From Trichoplax adhaerens (taxonomy: Eukaryota; Animalia; Placozoa), in NCBI RefSeq assembly GCF_000150275.1, contig NW_002060949.1:1981836-2045835 (forward strand): 64,000 bases of DNA, in the 5' to 3' direction. Position numbers and translations under genes: made by a program. Below are positions 51,867 to 64,000 of this stretch, in pieces. Under the pieces are notes generated by a model. The model ran no database searches. It had not been told where the DNA came from and was given only the letters and a program-made list of their open reading frames with translations. The first letter of the stretch is position 1; every line of letters begins with the position of its first letter.

Positions 51867-54800
51867 TTATTTTTTCGTGTTTACTGAGATTCCAAAGGAT
51901 CTTATGCATTGTTGATAAAGGTTTTTATAAATGTATTTCATGGCACAGTAGCAGGTGAAGCGTACACAATTGTCCATTCTTCGAACTGATCTTGCGTTTT
52001 GATAATTAATCCAAGTATTTGTATTTCCAATTAATTCAGAATTAATTTTTTCAATTTTATGATAAGTAATGGCATTAATTCCAGATGGATAATATTTGAT
52101 AAATTCATATTCCAATTGCCATACAGCGTCGTTGTGCACCACTACCCGTATGTATAAATAAAAGTTATGCATTAAAATCTTCCAAATGTATTATACACAG
52201 CACATCAATTCTTTTGTCTTAATTAATAGCTTACGAGTATAACAGCTAATGAAGAGATATATTGGTAATGATTTTTTTTAAATAAATATTAATTACAATC
52301 AATAAAGACGGTACGCTCAATAATCTGCGAACTTTCTTCGATACTCATAATTGGATATAATCATTCAGAAGGTCTAGAGGTTAAATAACTTACTAACTGT
52401 ATTGGTAATATCGATATTAGTTTAAATTCTATTCTTGAGGGATACTCTTTATTACTGTCGCAGATGTTAAATTTACAAATAGTATCTGATCCATACGATA
52501 TAAACATTGAATATCATCTAAGCGGGCAATGGAGGGGAGGGGGTATTGAGCAATCGTAATAGTTTCATTACCTGAGGCTAGTTCCAGGTCAAGAAAATAT
52601 TGTAAGTAGTTCATCACTGCAAATGTCTTTGGTTCGAATAGAACCAATCGATAGGCTGGATTAGTGTTGTAAATGGGTGATAATGACGGAGAGATTAAAA
52701 TGAAAGATCCTCGCTGTTGATTGACATCTGATGCTAGACGGAAATCATCACGGTGCAGAGAGCCAAAGAATTGTCCTAATATCCATAATAAAAATTTCAT
52801 AACTTAAACGGTAAGCTATAGCTATTAAATCGACCTATAAGATCTAAATAAAATAGATAGTTGAATACTCTATAGCCCCATTTAGTTAGACCAGTATAAT
52901 ATTATAATTTTAAATTACCTACTCTAGTTATAAGTAAAACAGGTAAAATCAACAATACTCATCCATTTCATACCAACTATAATGTCATCAAAATCTTGCG
53001 AGACCAATTGAATATAGTCAACATAACGACTTGCCACCCAGGTATAATCCATGGAAATATTATTGCTCGTTCTTATATTGACGCTAAATATGAAATGACG
53101 AATTGGAAGAGATGTTATTATGAAACTGTACAAGCAACGTATCTAAAAATTAACAATTGATCGTTACATTAGAATATATTGTATTTTTGGAAATGTCCTA
53201 GAAACTCAGAATGATTAATCAGCTGAAATAAATTGAAGTGGCATGCTAAGTTTTAGGCAGCAAATAAGACTTTCCATTTCTGTGATAATAATGCTGTTTA
53301 TCATTGTATTTACTATAATACGTTATCGAAATTAAATATCCTATTATTTGCTGAATTTATGATATGCTCGTACTTATTCATAATAGATATCGTAACTTAC
53401 ATTATTTGTAAGTTGGCATATTGATATATCCGATGTTCTATGCTATAGCAATATGTAAATATACGGTACAGTGTATATGTACATCTCCTATACTTTTGAT
53501 CTCTATCTAGATATATCTTATTGATATGCTTTTGCAAATGGTGTAAAGATATATTGCACTTAGGATGGAGGTAGAAGTCCTGATTAATACGATAAATAGC
53601 AATAAGTAACTGGCATTCAGCTCCCGGAACTATGCTAATTTCAATCTATTAGAGTAAATTAATCATCGCAGAGCAAGTTCTGTTATTGCCAGTCTTTTGC
53701 TATAGGATGGTGATCTAGGTATGTTTATAGATAAATTAATTATACTCGTATTATAATAGTCTGAGATATCATTCATTTTTTGAAAAACTATAAATAAATT
53801 TTACACTAACCCAGGCGGTAAGTGACCTTGGATAACCACTTTGAAGCGTTGACGCCTAGCTGTCTGTAGTTGCGTTCGTAACCAATTCATTTGTCTATCT
53901 CCTGCATACCTAAAGTATGCTAGTGAAGCATAAGGAATTCTATTTTGCACTGACTGGTCCCAATATAATGTGTTTAAAGTGACTACCATTAAAGCTTGTT
54001 TAACGAATTGAACTTGATAATAACCTCCAGTTAAAAAATTACTTTCAAAAGATGAACTAATAAGTGGCCGATGAAGTGATGAGCAATTTGAGCAGGTAAT
54101 CATTGGTTGCCATAATGTTAATAGCCTCCGATACCATATTCTATCTTGTGCTCGTTGTAGGTAAATGATGGGAATATCATGATTGCCAACGGCAAAGAGA
54201 ATCGATCGTCCATTCATTAAACTTTCAATTTTTTGGGTAACAGTTAATAAGTTACGATAGATGTCATCTAATGTTGAACATAAATGGTCTGATTGGCTTG
54301 ATTCTAAGCTGCAACGGTTAGCAATAAGATCACCAGATATTAGAAAAAAGAGTAGATGCCAATTGCGATTTTGAACGAGGTTATTAATGGATTGAAATGT
54401 ACTATTAACCAAGAATGGTGACGAATCGCATCCATAACGGCCATAACGGCCATGATGAACTCTTGATGTTGAAGCTGAACCAGCAAATGGATCATTGGAA
54501 CAATTACTGTCATAGTATGGATCCAGATGTATATCAGTCAAATGGATAAAGTAATCATAAACATTCGATTCATTAATTTGTTTATAGCGATCACGACGAA
54601 CGTCAAGCTGATTGGTGTTAACCAACGATAAGTAATTTAAGAAGATAGCGATTAATGAGCCAAAAAAGAAGAGCGCACCTAGACAAACTAAAGACGTTTT
54701 CGAGCAATATCTGGTTCGTCTTTTCATAAAAGTTGTTACCGCGGTATGTTTCTGCTTGTGGCTAATAGTAGGCATATGGCGTAAATTAGGTATTTCAGCA

Positions 54801-54868
54801 GGTATAAAACGGTTATCAGAAGTAGGCATTGAAGTTGCCGTAGGCTCTGGAAGTAGAAATGAATTCAT
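51867..54868 (-). CDS. Acid sphingomyelinase-like (SMPDL3-type) metallophosphoesterase, copy 1, with N-terminal TM anchor; exons 54868-53811, 53083-52974, 52775-52572, 52141-51867
   Basis: Motifs HLTDIHLDPYY, YGCDSS, SGDLIAN, AVGNHD, GGYY, LNTLYW, GHLPPG, GQFFGSLHRDDF, SPSLSPIYNTNPAYR and a C-terminal YCAM...C. All splice phases are consistent. Confidence 0.88.
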
Positions 54869-57336
54869 TGACGTGCCAAACTGGAAAGATACCCAAGTAG
54901 TATTAGATTGACAAGTTGGGAATATCTTATAATAAATAGGTATATCAGAGGGGGATTTATTTTATAATCTAGAAGTAGGATGAATCAGTTTGCAAAGGCA
55001 GTCGGAGAATTCTCTAAATATTCTCAAAGCTTGCTTGTATCTTAATACTGCAACTGATGTAATAAAATGGTAGATAGGATAACATAAAGAGCGATAAGAC
55101 TACTAACGCGGTGATAAATTGTTGGCATAAACCGGCAACAGTCTTTGATAAAACGGCAGTATAGACTTAATAAAATAGCGCCATGAACTCGATGTAGAGG
55201 AGAAATTGGTGATGTTTTCCCACAATAGGAGACAGATGGTAGGCTCTATCACAGAAAGGAAAATTTTTGAATATTAGTGTAACGTTGGTATATCCTCCGA
55301 CTAAATATTGAAAATAGCTTGAGGAAAAGTTTTTAATAAAAATCAGTAAAGTTATAGTATAAAGTAGCAGGTAATGTTTATTAGGCAGGGGAGAAAGAGT
55401 AAAAGTTCCAAAATAGGAAACCGAAAATTCTCTACGACTAGTAACGCACTATGGTAGCGTTATAGATCATAATATGGAATATGCAATGTTAGAAGTAATT
55501 GAGTAATGCGCGTACCTGTAGTTATGAATACAAGACAATTCTTTATTTAGATTTTTTCAATATGTAAACTTTTAGGAATTAATCACATTTAAGACGGCGA
55601 TAAAATTGCGGCGAATTGCGATATACTCATTTGGAATGGAGTCAATGATCCACAGCAGTTCTGTAACATAAATTAGGCAGTGGTAAATTGTAAGTTCTGC
55701 AATGATAGCTTTTAATTCTTTTCGAGCATTAAAGAAAAGATTGATGAATGGGCTTTCAATTTCACAGGAAATTTATCGGAAATGTTGCTTGATACTTTAT
55801 AATGATACATTAAATCTAATAGTAATATTCTCGCCGTGAAATTTATACCTGGCACTGCGACACTTACTAAATATATTACTTATCTAGAAAGATGCTACCT
55901 AATTTTGATTGGAGTAAACGGGTTGCTGATTGCTACGACCAGATGTTTCTGGAAGCTGACAAAATATAGTCCGCTTGCAATATTTTAAAATTAAAAAAGT
56001 CAAAATTGTTGAATTATGGCTAAATTTAATTAACTGTAAAGTATTGAAAAAATAAACCTATTGAGACCAACTACGCTAATGTATTATACGAAATATTATT
56101 AGATTTATTAACCTTATGGTCTGAGTTCAAATATATCATCTGCGATAGATACAAATTAAAATCCATTTAATGTAATTAGTAAACGCTTTACGATGTTTAG
56201 AATATACGCTAATTGCTTGTTTCAATTGCAGTAGGTCTCAGTTTGAGACTAAGAGATCGCGTACTCAAATTTAATTCTCGTCGTATTTGCGTACTGCTAC
56301 TATATTAGGTTTAAAGATTTTTCGCCGAATGGATATGGAGATATTCTTTTTGTGCTATAGTGTCTCTACATTTTCAAAACGATTTCTTGTGAATTTCATT
56401 TTATTGCAAAATTAATTCGTTTACCAAGTCAACAACATACACATCGGCATTAAAAGCTGCAAATACTTAATATGAATATTATCTAGTTAGAAACTTGCGC
56501 AATCTAACTTGCTCCTTAAACTATTTTCGCGCAATAACCTCAGTTTTATGCTAATTTTTGGGTTAGACTACAGTATTCAACAAGATGAATGACTATCTAA
56601 CCTTGATTTTGCTATATGAAAGGGAAGATATTTTTAGTAGCAAAATAATGAATTATACTTATGAAACCTATACTACTCTAGTACTATCATGAATGATACT
56701 CTCTACGTTTGTAGATAGCAATCAGAATGATAAAGAATGGAATATTAATAATTTGAGGTTGGTGACTAATAGAAACAATTGAAAACAGTCATTACTTAAT
56801 CTGAAGGATAGAGAATAAACGTTTTATTAGCAGAGAATATAAAATTGAGCTATTGTGATAGATCTTGTTCCTGTATACTTGTATAAATGAATAGGATTGT
56901 CACAATTTTTGAAAAGCAACAGGCGACTATTTTACTATCTAAGAAGTGTCATTACAACCTTAAGAAAAAAATTTCCTTTGGTTTTGTTTACTAATCATTT
57001 AACATCTCTAAATGTTAGAAATGCATTATCAGGTGTACTAGGTACACTGTTCAGTGTAATATTCCATAATCTTAAAATCTTTTATGACAGTGTATTTAAT
57101 TATTAAGGTTTAGGAGCATTCTGGCTTTAAAGTTGTCTGGGTTAATTGATTAAAATAATGTCTAGTTCGTGTTTATATAACACTGGCAACGCGTTGTAGA
57201 ATAAGCAAAAGCGAAGTACTGTCTATACGTATTGAAGAACGGCTGTAGTATTCTTTAATGAGTCATATTATGATATTGTCTGGCATTGAATTAGATATAA
57301 TTTTAGTATGAAAGATAACGCTAGTCCGCTTAAAGC

Positions 57337-60300
57337 CTAATTCACATGATGAGCTTCAAGGCAAGTAGTAAAAGATTGATGTCGAACAAATTCAACGGCA
57401 CAGTAATACACAAATCGCATTTTTGAATAAAATTGATACCGAACCTGTCGAGCTACAGCATAATTTAACCAATATTTAACTTTCAAAGGATTAATTAAAT
57501 TACTGCTAAGTTCCTCGATTCGATCAGTATTAATATATTTATTCTTGGATGGATAATTAGTGGAAAATCGATATCCTTCTGCCCATTCAGTTTGATTGTA
57601 AGCTGTAAGAGAATATATATACGTAGAAATTTTAGTAATAATGAGTTATAGCTTTAGGTATGTTGTAGCTACGTAAACAAGTACAAAATAAAGTATTATC
57701 TAAAAATATACAAACATAAAAGGCGCTTGCTAAAGATTTTTTAAATAAGTAGTGCATTTATATTTGTTTATTGATATTACATGTATTTTGCAAACTAGTT
57801 TGTAACCTTACCCGTTGTTAAGTCCATATCTAAATAGTATTGAATGTAATCCAGTAACTTCCATTCTTTTTTATCCACCATTAACATGCGAAATGAAGGA
57901 TTGTTGGAATAAATGGGTGAAATAGACGGGGCTAACAGCATGAAAGAACTCATTCCATTGTAATCTCTTAATAGTCTAAAATCGTCCTTATGCATATGGG
58001 CGAAGAATTGACCTATACCAAATTACAATCAATTAATTAATAGAAAGGAATTCGACTTGAAAAACATCCATTGCGGCTTATAGTTGCGAAATGTAAATAG
58101 TGTATTTGTACAATCTTTCTAAGATTGACGTGTAATTCTCGCCTGTGTTTATAAAATTTAGATAAAGCATCTTTATCACGATTAATATCTTACAATACTC
58201 AATGTTATATGTATTTGCTATGACAGTACATCCCGTAATCCTAATAAATCACTTTGCAGTTGCTATTAATGTTCGAGTATGTTATTTAAAATGTTTTGAC
58301 AAAACGTATATTCGTATGTTTTATATCTAGGTGCACATCCTCGCAGGTGCTGGTTATATGACAATCAGCAACGTGTGCTCATTGGCCTGATTCCCACCTT
58401 GTCCCTAGCTATCTTTTGTTGAGTGGAAATCAGGTCAATGAACGCACATTTCTGGTTGTCATGTAACTAGCAGCCTTACAATATACTTTAGTTTAAGATT
58501 GCAATATCTAAGCTACACGCTATAACTTATCCTAAATTATGTTATATTTTATACATTGTCCTCTTTACGTAAGTGTTAACACTGTATATAAAAATAGAAT
58601 TACTAGATGTATGACTGAATACTTACCCATAATGACATGTGGGTATAGAGAGGCGACGTAGTGAGTATAAATATCGGTATAATTATCAAACCAGTAGTGT
58701 ACATAATTTTTCTTAGATCCAAGATACGTATCCACTCTACAGAATAGAAAGAACGATTGTATTTTAATTTCATTTTCATACCAATACATTATCGAATAAG
58801 AATACAGCGGTGGTCTAATCATCGACAATAATAACATAAATATTACAACACGAGCATATACAGTAGCAGTAGTATTAATTGGATATTCGTAAAAGTGGAC
58901 GAATCTAGGTCAGCAGCAAATAAAAGAGTTCATTTCACGTATTATCACTGTTAGTATGGAAACAAAGTTACCATTAATCAATATAATTGCAGCTTCTGAT
59001 AAATAGTAATACTTGGCTAGAAATAGAACTTTTGTAGATAAGTCTAACTTGTCGACTACAGTATGGTAGCAATCTACCATGTTTTCAAGACTCTATTTCG
59101 GAACAGTATTATATTTACATTCTACTGTATTTCGTGTTCAAGATTTTACTGCTTATTTACAGATGTACTGAGGATTATTAAGCAAATTTTCTAATCTGTC
59201 ACTTAAAGAGATTACTACTGTAAAGTGTACAGTTATGACATCCTTGACAAGAAGATGTCGATGTTGAGTCAGCCAAACTTTAGATATTGGCTAGTCCTGA
59301 TTAATTTATCGTTTACAATAAACCTTAGTTCACAGTATAGGTGCGTTATTTGATCAATCGTATATTTTACAACAGTAAGCATTAAGCAAGCATGATATAC
59401 TCGAGTCTTTAACGTAGAATATACGTCGTACATGTATACTGTAAATGCTATTTTAGTATTCAAGAACAATAACATTTCAATCTTTCAGTTAGGTTGCACT
59501 ATATTGTATTGTATATCTTACTTCTCTTTTACCTCTGGAACTGACAACTACAATAAGCAAGGATGATGTAGTCCAGTCGGTCGCATAGAAACATATGTTA
59601 CCGTCAATGTCATATACTACTATGTATGTCATATTTTGATATTCGAGTAGTATACTTTCAATCGTTGAGTTTAGCCTGTACTATATGCCTATGGTATAAC
59701 TGTACGCATACTCTAACCTATCACATAGTACTGTATACATGCCATACGCGTATATGATATCTTGTTATCGTATGATAGATTGCAATCTTTCAGTTTAGGC
59801 TCTAATGTTTTATATAAATCTATCTACAATGTCCACTCGATAACTTGGGGACTGATAGTCTACATTCACAAACTATACGTATATGATATTCTAGTATTTG
59901 TATGATACATTATAATTTTTCAGTTTAGGCTCTACTGTTTTTTATATAAATATATATCCAATGTCTGTCTACTTGATAACTTGAAGACTGATAGTCTCCA
60001 TTTCTATAGTAACTATGTGATATCCAAGTTATTCTTTAGTAGTAGTGAAATATCATTAGACCTTATGCTGAGTGTAAAGTCTAGAGATATTTTGAGTTTT
60101 TCACCTATAACTAAATCGAACAGATTTTATTTATGTTCGCATTAAGCTTACCCTGGTGGTACATGACCTTCGATAATAACCGATTGACTTTTATTACTTG
60201 CAATCTCTAGTTGTAGTCGAAACCAAGCTAACTGTTGATCAGCAGCGTGGAAGAATTTCTCAGCTGGTATAGAACTACGTTTAAGTGCCTCAGTATCCCA

Positions 60301-61251
60301 ATAGAGTGTATTTAAACTGATAATGGCTAATTTACCATCATAAATTTCAACCTTATAGTAGCCACCTTGGAGGAAAGTTTCTCGAATAGCATTGAATGAT
60401 GTGATAGGACGTAATCTGTCTGGACAAAACGGGCATAAAATCAAGGCTGACCACATACTAAATATTGTTTCATACCATTGGCTATTAACTGGAATGATAT
60501 AATCACCAATCATATCGTTATTGCCAATAGCCGGAAAGACAGGAGTAGCAGGGAAAGCTTCCACTAGACGTGTACTTGTATAAGTGATTGAATCGCGCAC
60601 ACGACGATATAAATCCGGTTGTGATAATTCATATAAACGATGGCATACAAAATCACCAGAAACCAATACAAAATCGACATATTGCTGTGTAGTAATTGGA
60701 ATCACTTTGGTTGCTAGTAATGAATTATCAATTAAAGTTTTGGGTGAATCACAGCCTACTCTACCATAATAAGCTTTCTTCTGAGTTGGTTGAGCTGTTC
60801 CATTAGGATCATCAGGGGAACGGCAAAAGGTGGATGATGTCCATGATGAATTATATTCTAAATCTAGATGGAAATCAGTCAAGTGATAAAAGCGTGCAAT
60901 ATTGCCATCATCGGCGATTGTCGATGGCATAACACGATTGTAAAAGATTACAATCATAGCTAATGAGACACAAGCTACGGTCAGTAGAAATGCAAGACAT
61001 GCTAAACATCGGACAGCAGTACATCTTCGACGTTGTCGTCGTACAAAGGGTGGATCCCGAATGCCAATCATGGCAATTTCTTCATCATCGAAGATGTTAT
61101 CCTTGAAATTACACGTGTTATCATGACTGATAGAGGTGATCGTTGTCGACGGTGTAGTTGTCTTGCTTGGAGTTGTAGTCGAATTTTTGTCGCTATTTTG
61201 AATTAATGGTGTCGAAGCGTTGAATTTATCTTCTTCTTCTCCTTCGGGCAT
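57337..61251 (-). CDS. Acid sphingomyelinase-like (SMPDL3-type) metallophosphoesterase, copy 2, with N-terminal TM anchor; exons 61251-60152, 58736-58627, 58012-57812, 57602-57337
   Basis: Motifs HLTDFHLD, GCDSP, SGDFVCH, AIGNND, GGYY, LNTLYW, GHVPPG, GQFFAHMHKDDF, APSISPIYSNNPSFR and YYCAV...C. It has the same three intron positions as copy 1. Confidence 0.9.
59784..60025. repeat. Imperfect ~130-bp tandem duplication in intron 1 of SMPDL3-like copy 2
   Basis: tttcagtttaggctcta...ttttatataaat...caatgtc...gataacttg...gactgatagtct occurs twice (from about 59788 and 59918). More decayed copies start near 59478 and 59659. Confidence 0.7.
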
Positions 61252-62644
61252 TTTCCTTCAAGACTGTAATAGATTTAGTTTGGTCTAATTTGGATTAAAC
61301 TTCTTGATATACTTGAGATCAGTGCCGTAATAAGTGTTATCAACACTGGCAAGACTTGGATGATGATGACTGTACAATATCTTGAATGCTGTACGAGTAA
61401 TTGAACTTTGTTTACTTACGGCTATATGGTGGCAGTAGAGTCACTTGACCGGTCGTATGTTGTAGGATAATAATTGGCTTAATTTATTGGATACAATGGT
61501 TGCAATGTCCATAAATTAAGTTCCATATGACACTATAACGTCTAAAGAGGCACAAAATCAAGTAGTCTAGTCTCTCTTAATCTGTCAAGGTGATAATCTA
61601 CTCATGGATGGCTTTTAATTCTATATAATCAATTAATCTATTTTCAATGTAATTATTTGATCTAGTGTTAGATAACGGTTTGCTCCTGCTGGTGCTTTCC
61701 TCTCCAGATGGACCTTACTACAGTCTTGCTCAAGTTGATCGCGAGTAGTCACTAGGATTTCAAGTAGTGTCTTGGTATCTATGCCAACTTGCCTGATCAG
61801 TGATCAATGATCAGAAATGGTATATATAGAGAGAGAAAGGGAAAAGCTTTTGGACTTTCCTTTTTGACGTTGCCTTTAGCGCTGGTGAGAATTGGATGAG
61901 AAATGTGTAGACTGATTATTTTGGTGGTCATTTTACTGTGCTCTAGCTCTAGAGCTGTGCACCAGACTAGTAGGTAGTATAGCCCTGAAGTTGGATGTAT
62001 CAACAGTACAGTGTTCAATTACAGTGGTACGTTACAGTTAAAATGACCAGTAAAAATTTGGCGATAGACGCTTTGCTAGTATCAGCAATGAACGACGATG
62101 ACCCAGGAAAGGGACAGTATGGTATGGAACGGAACGATATGGTACGGTACGGTACGGTACCCATGACATGACCAGTCGTTAGACTTACGTCGTCGCCGAC
62201 ACAATCTAATACTGAATCATATACAAAATAGACTTTTATGAGTACCATGATAGCGCGATCTTAAAAGAAATTATCCTTTATCTATACTATAACTGGGAAC
62301 TAGTGAATCAACATCATGATAGTGCTTAGACTCAAGTGAGACAAATGCATTGGGAAAGGCGATTACGCGCCAAGGTCAAATCCAACTTAATCGGGATAAG
62401 GATTACAGGCTGGCTAATTCTAATTTCTCCCCTTTTTCTTCTCCAATCTCCATTTTCCTCTCTGCTAGGATATTATACAGGTTACTGTAACCATCCATGG
62501 CAGAAGTAACATCACCGATTTCCCCTTCTGAGTAAGTGGATTGTGCTTAGGCGTAGGTTAATTATTATCAATTGGATGATAGCATGTCCTTTTCCATCTT
62601 CATCATCAAGACGAACTAACCTGTTGATATCTTGTATTATGATC

Positions 62645-63869
62645 ATGGCGAATAGGCTTCCTCGTGAATTTCATGGACCATTGGTAAGGATTGATGGTAG
62701 AAATAGTCAATCATGTCATCCTATTGTAATGTCTTACTTTCCATAAAACGTGTCCTAATCAGTATTGCTCATCAGCTCTCGGTACGGTAGATTAGATAAT
62801 CTGCGGACATTACAGCCGATAGTTACAATTGAAATATTGATTGATTTTAACCTAATAATTGGATTTCATCATTCTTCAGCAACAAATTGACAAATGATAT
62901 TCTACATGGCTAAGATTTATCCTATGTCTGCAATAGACTATCGGGCTACAAAATAGTGCATACTTTAGTCATAAATTTTGTAGTAAATTGATACTTTACA
63001 CTATTATATTTTACTGCCAGGTCTTAGCGAGTAGTAGGAATTATTCCACCTTTCCTTGAACAGGTAGATGGATTATAATTATAATCAGTTTTATAGCTAG
63101 TAATCGTCCACAGATAGACAATAACTTACCATATAGCTAGTAATCGTCCTTGTACAAGTAACTTACCATTCTTGTATGTCACATGGACACACCATTTTAT
63201 ACCCACTTAGTAATTAATTATAATACATGACATCATCTACTTTACTATTAGGCCATCATTTTATCTTTCCTACAATCATGATAGATACAGTACAATAAAA
63301 GTGCGGTACAAACAATTACTGCTGTATGATCATGATGAAATACATGGTGCCAATTGGTTTAATAAAGCTTTGGTAATGATGGTATAGATGTAAGGGAAAC
63401 TAATGTATCTAAAATGATTGCTTTACATTTTTACAGGTCAATGAAGATTCTATTGGTTTTCAATTTGATCGACGTCGTAGACGTCAGGTAAATTGCTTCC
63501 ACTTTGATATCTTAAAGTAAAGAAATTGATACTGTACTTGGACTTGGATGTACTACGTAATACGTATAGCAATGTTTGCTACTGAATGACTGCTCGATTA
63601 CTGTAAATAATACTGCAAAATAAATTAAAAAAAAGCCCTCCTGACATCATGATACTCGTATTGAATTGTGATAGCCAGTTATATTAAACATGACATTCAC
63701 TTTACAAGGCTTTAACACCATCAATACAGATGAATTTAATCTACATTGTTGCATTGTATCGCATTTTAGGAAGGAATGAAACGTAAGAAACGGCGACCAT
63801 CTAGCTTTCACATGAACAAGAGTGAATCAGCATCAATTGCAGATCATGTTCTGCAAAGTATATCTAAAA
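62645..63869 (+). CDS. 5' part of an unidentified gene continuing beyond the window; exons 63437-63487 and 63770-63869, candidate first exon 62645-62683
   Basis: TTTTACAG|VNEDSIGFQFDRRRRRQ|GTAAAT and TTTTAG|EGMKRKKRRPSSFHMNKSESASIADHVLQSISK|GTAAGT are open and phase-compatible. The first exon MANRLPREFHGPL|GTAAGG is a guess. Confidence 0.45.
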
Positions 63870-64000
63870 GTAAGTACACGATCTATCTTTCCAATCATTA
63901 AATAATGATGGTAACTATTAGCTACTTTTGTTTCGGTATTCAATCAACTTTAATGTGCATTAACATTATTCCATATCTCGCCTAAGCAAGATAAATACAT

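Noticed and set aside
3443-60769. Short ORFs antisense to or out of frame with real exons (e.g. 3443-3673, 8038-8307, 12527-12718, 16619-16918, 20133-20387, 25078-25332, 60584-60769)
   Set aside because: They are shadow ORFs of the identified genes.
63092-63169. ~40-bp direct duplication (tatagctagtaatcgtcc...taacttaccat)
   Set aside because: A two-copy local duplication with no evidence of function.
1-64000. tRNA, rRNA and transposase/reverse-transcriptase genes
   Set aside because: None recognised by eye; tRNAscan-SE, Infernal and RepeatMasker would be needed to exclude them formally.

Overview
AT-rich eukaryotic genomic DNA with many short GT-AG introns and a metazoan gene set. It looks most like a compact early-branching animal genome such as a placozoan, though that assignment is inferred from composition and gene structure only. 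Gene order: two tandem FRK/Src42A-type SH3-SH2-kinase genes (-), a C8orf74-like gene (+), a CCDC178-like coiled-coil gene (-) with a canonical RFX X-box upstream, an intronless 263-aa orphan ORF (+), decayed LRR/TM fragments, a small secreted cysteine-rich gene missing from the ORF track (-), NOL10 (-) head-to-head with GTF3C3 (+), two tandem SMPDL3-like metallophosphoesterases (-), and the first exons of an unidentified gene at the right edge. The top finding is the hidden gene at 34860-35319. It encodes signal peptide + acidic propeptide ending EERK + a C-C-CC-C-C domain, which is the architecture of inhibitor cystine knot (ICK/knottin) toxin and defence peptide precursors. Also notable: a +1 frameshift in the SH2 exon of an otherwise intact second kinase; type II membrane topology and reciprocal active-site substitutions in the two SMPDL3-like enzymes; and a foldback/MITE-like element built from a 23-bp CACTA-containing repeat inside TACAG/CTGTA arrays. 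All exon boundaries were read by hand, and family assignments come from recalled motifs, not database searches.
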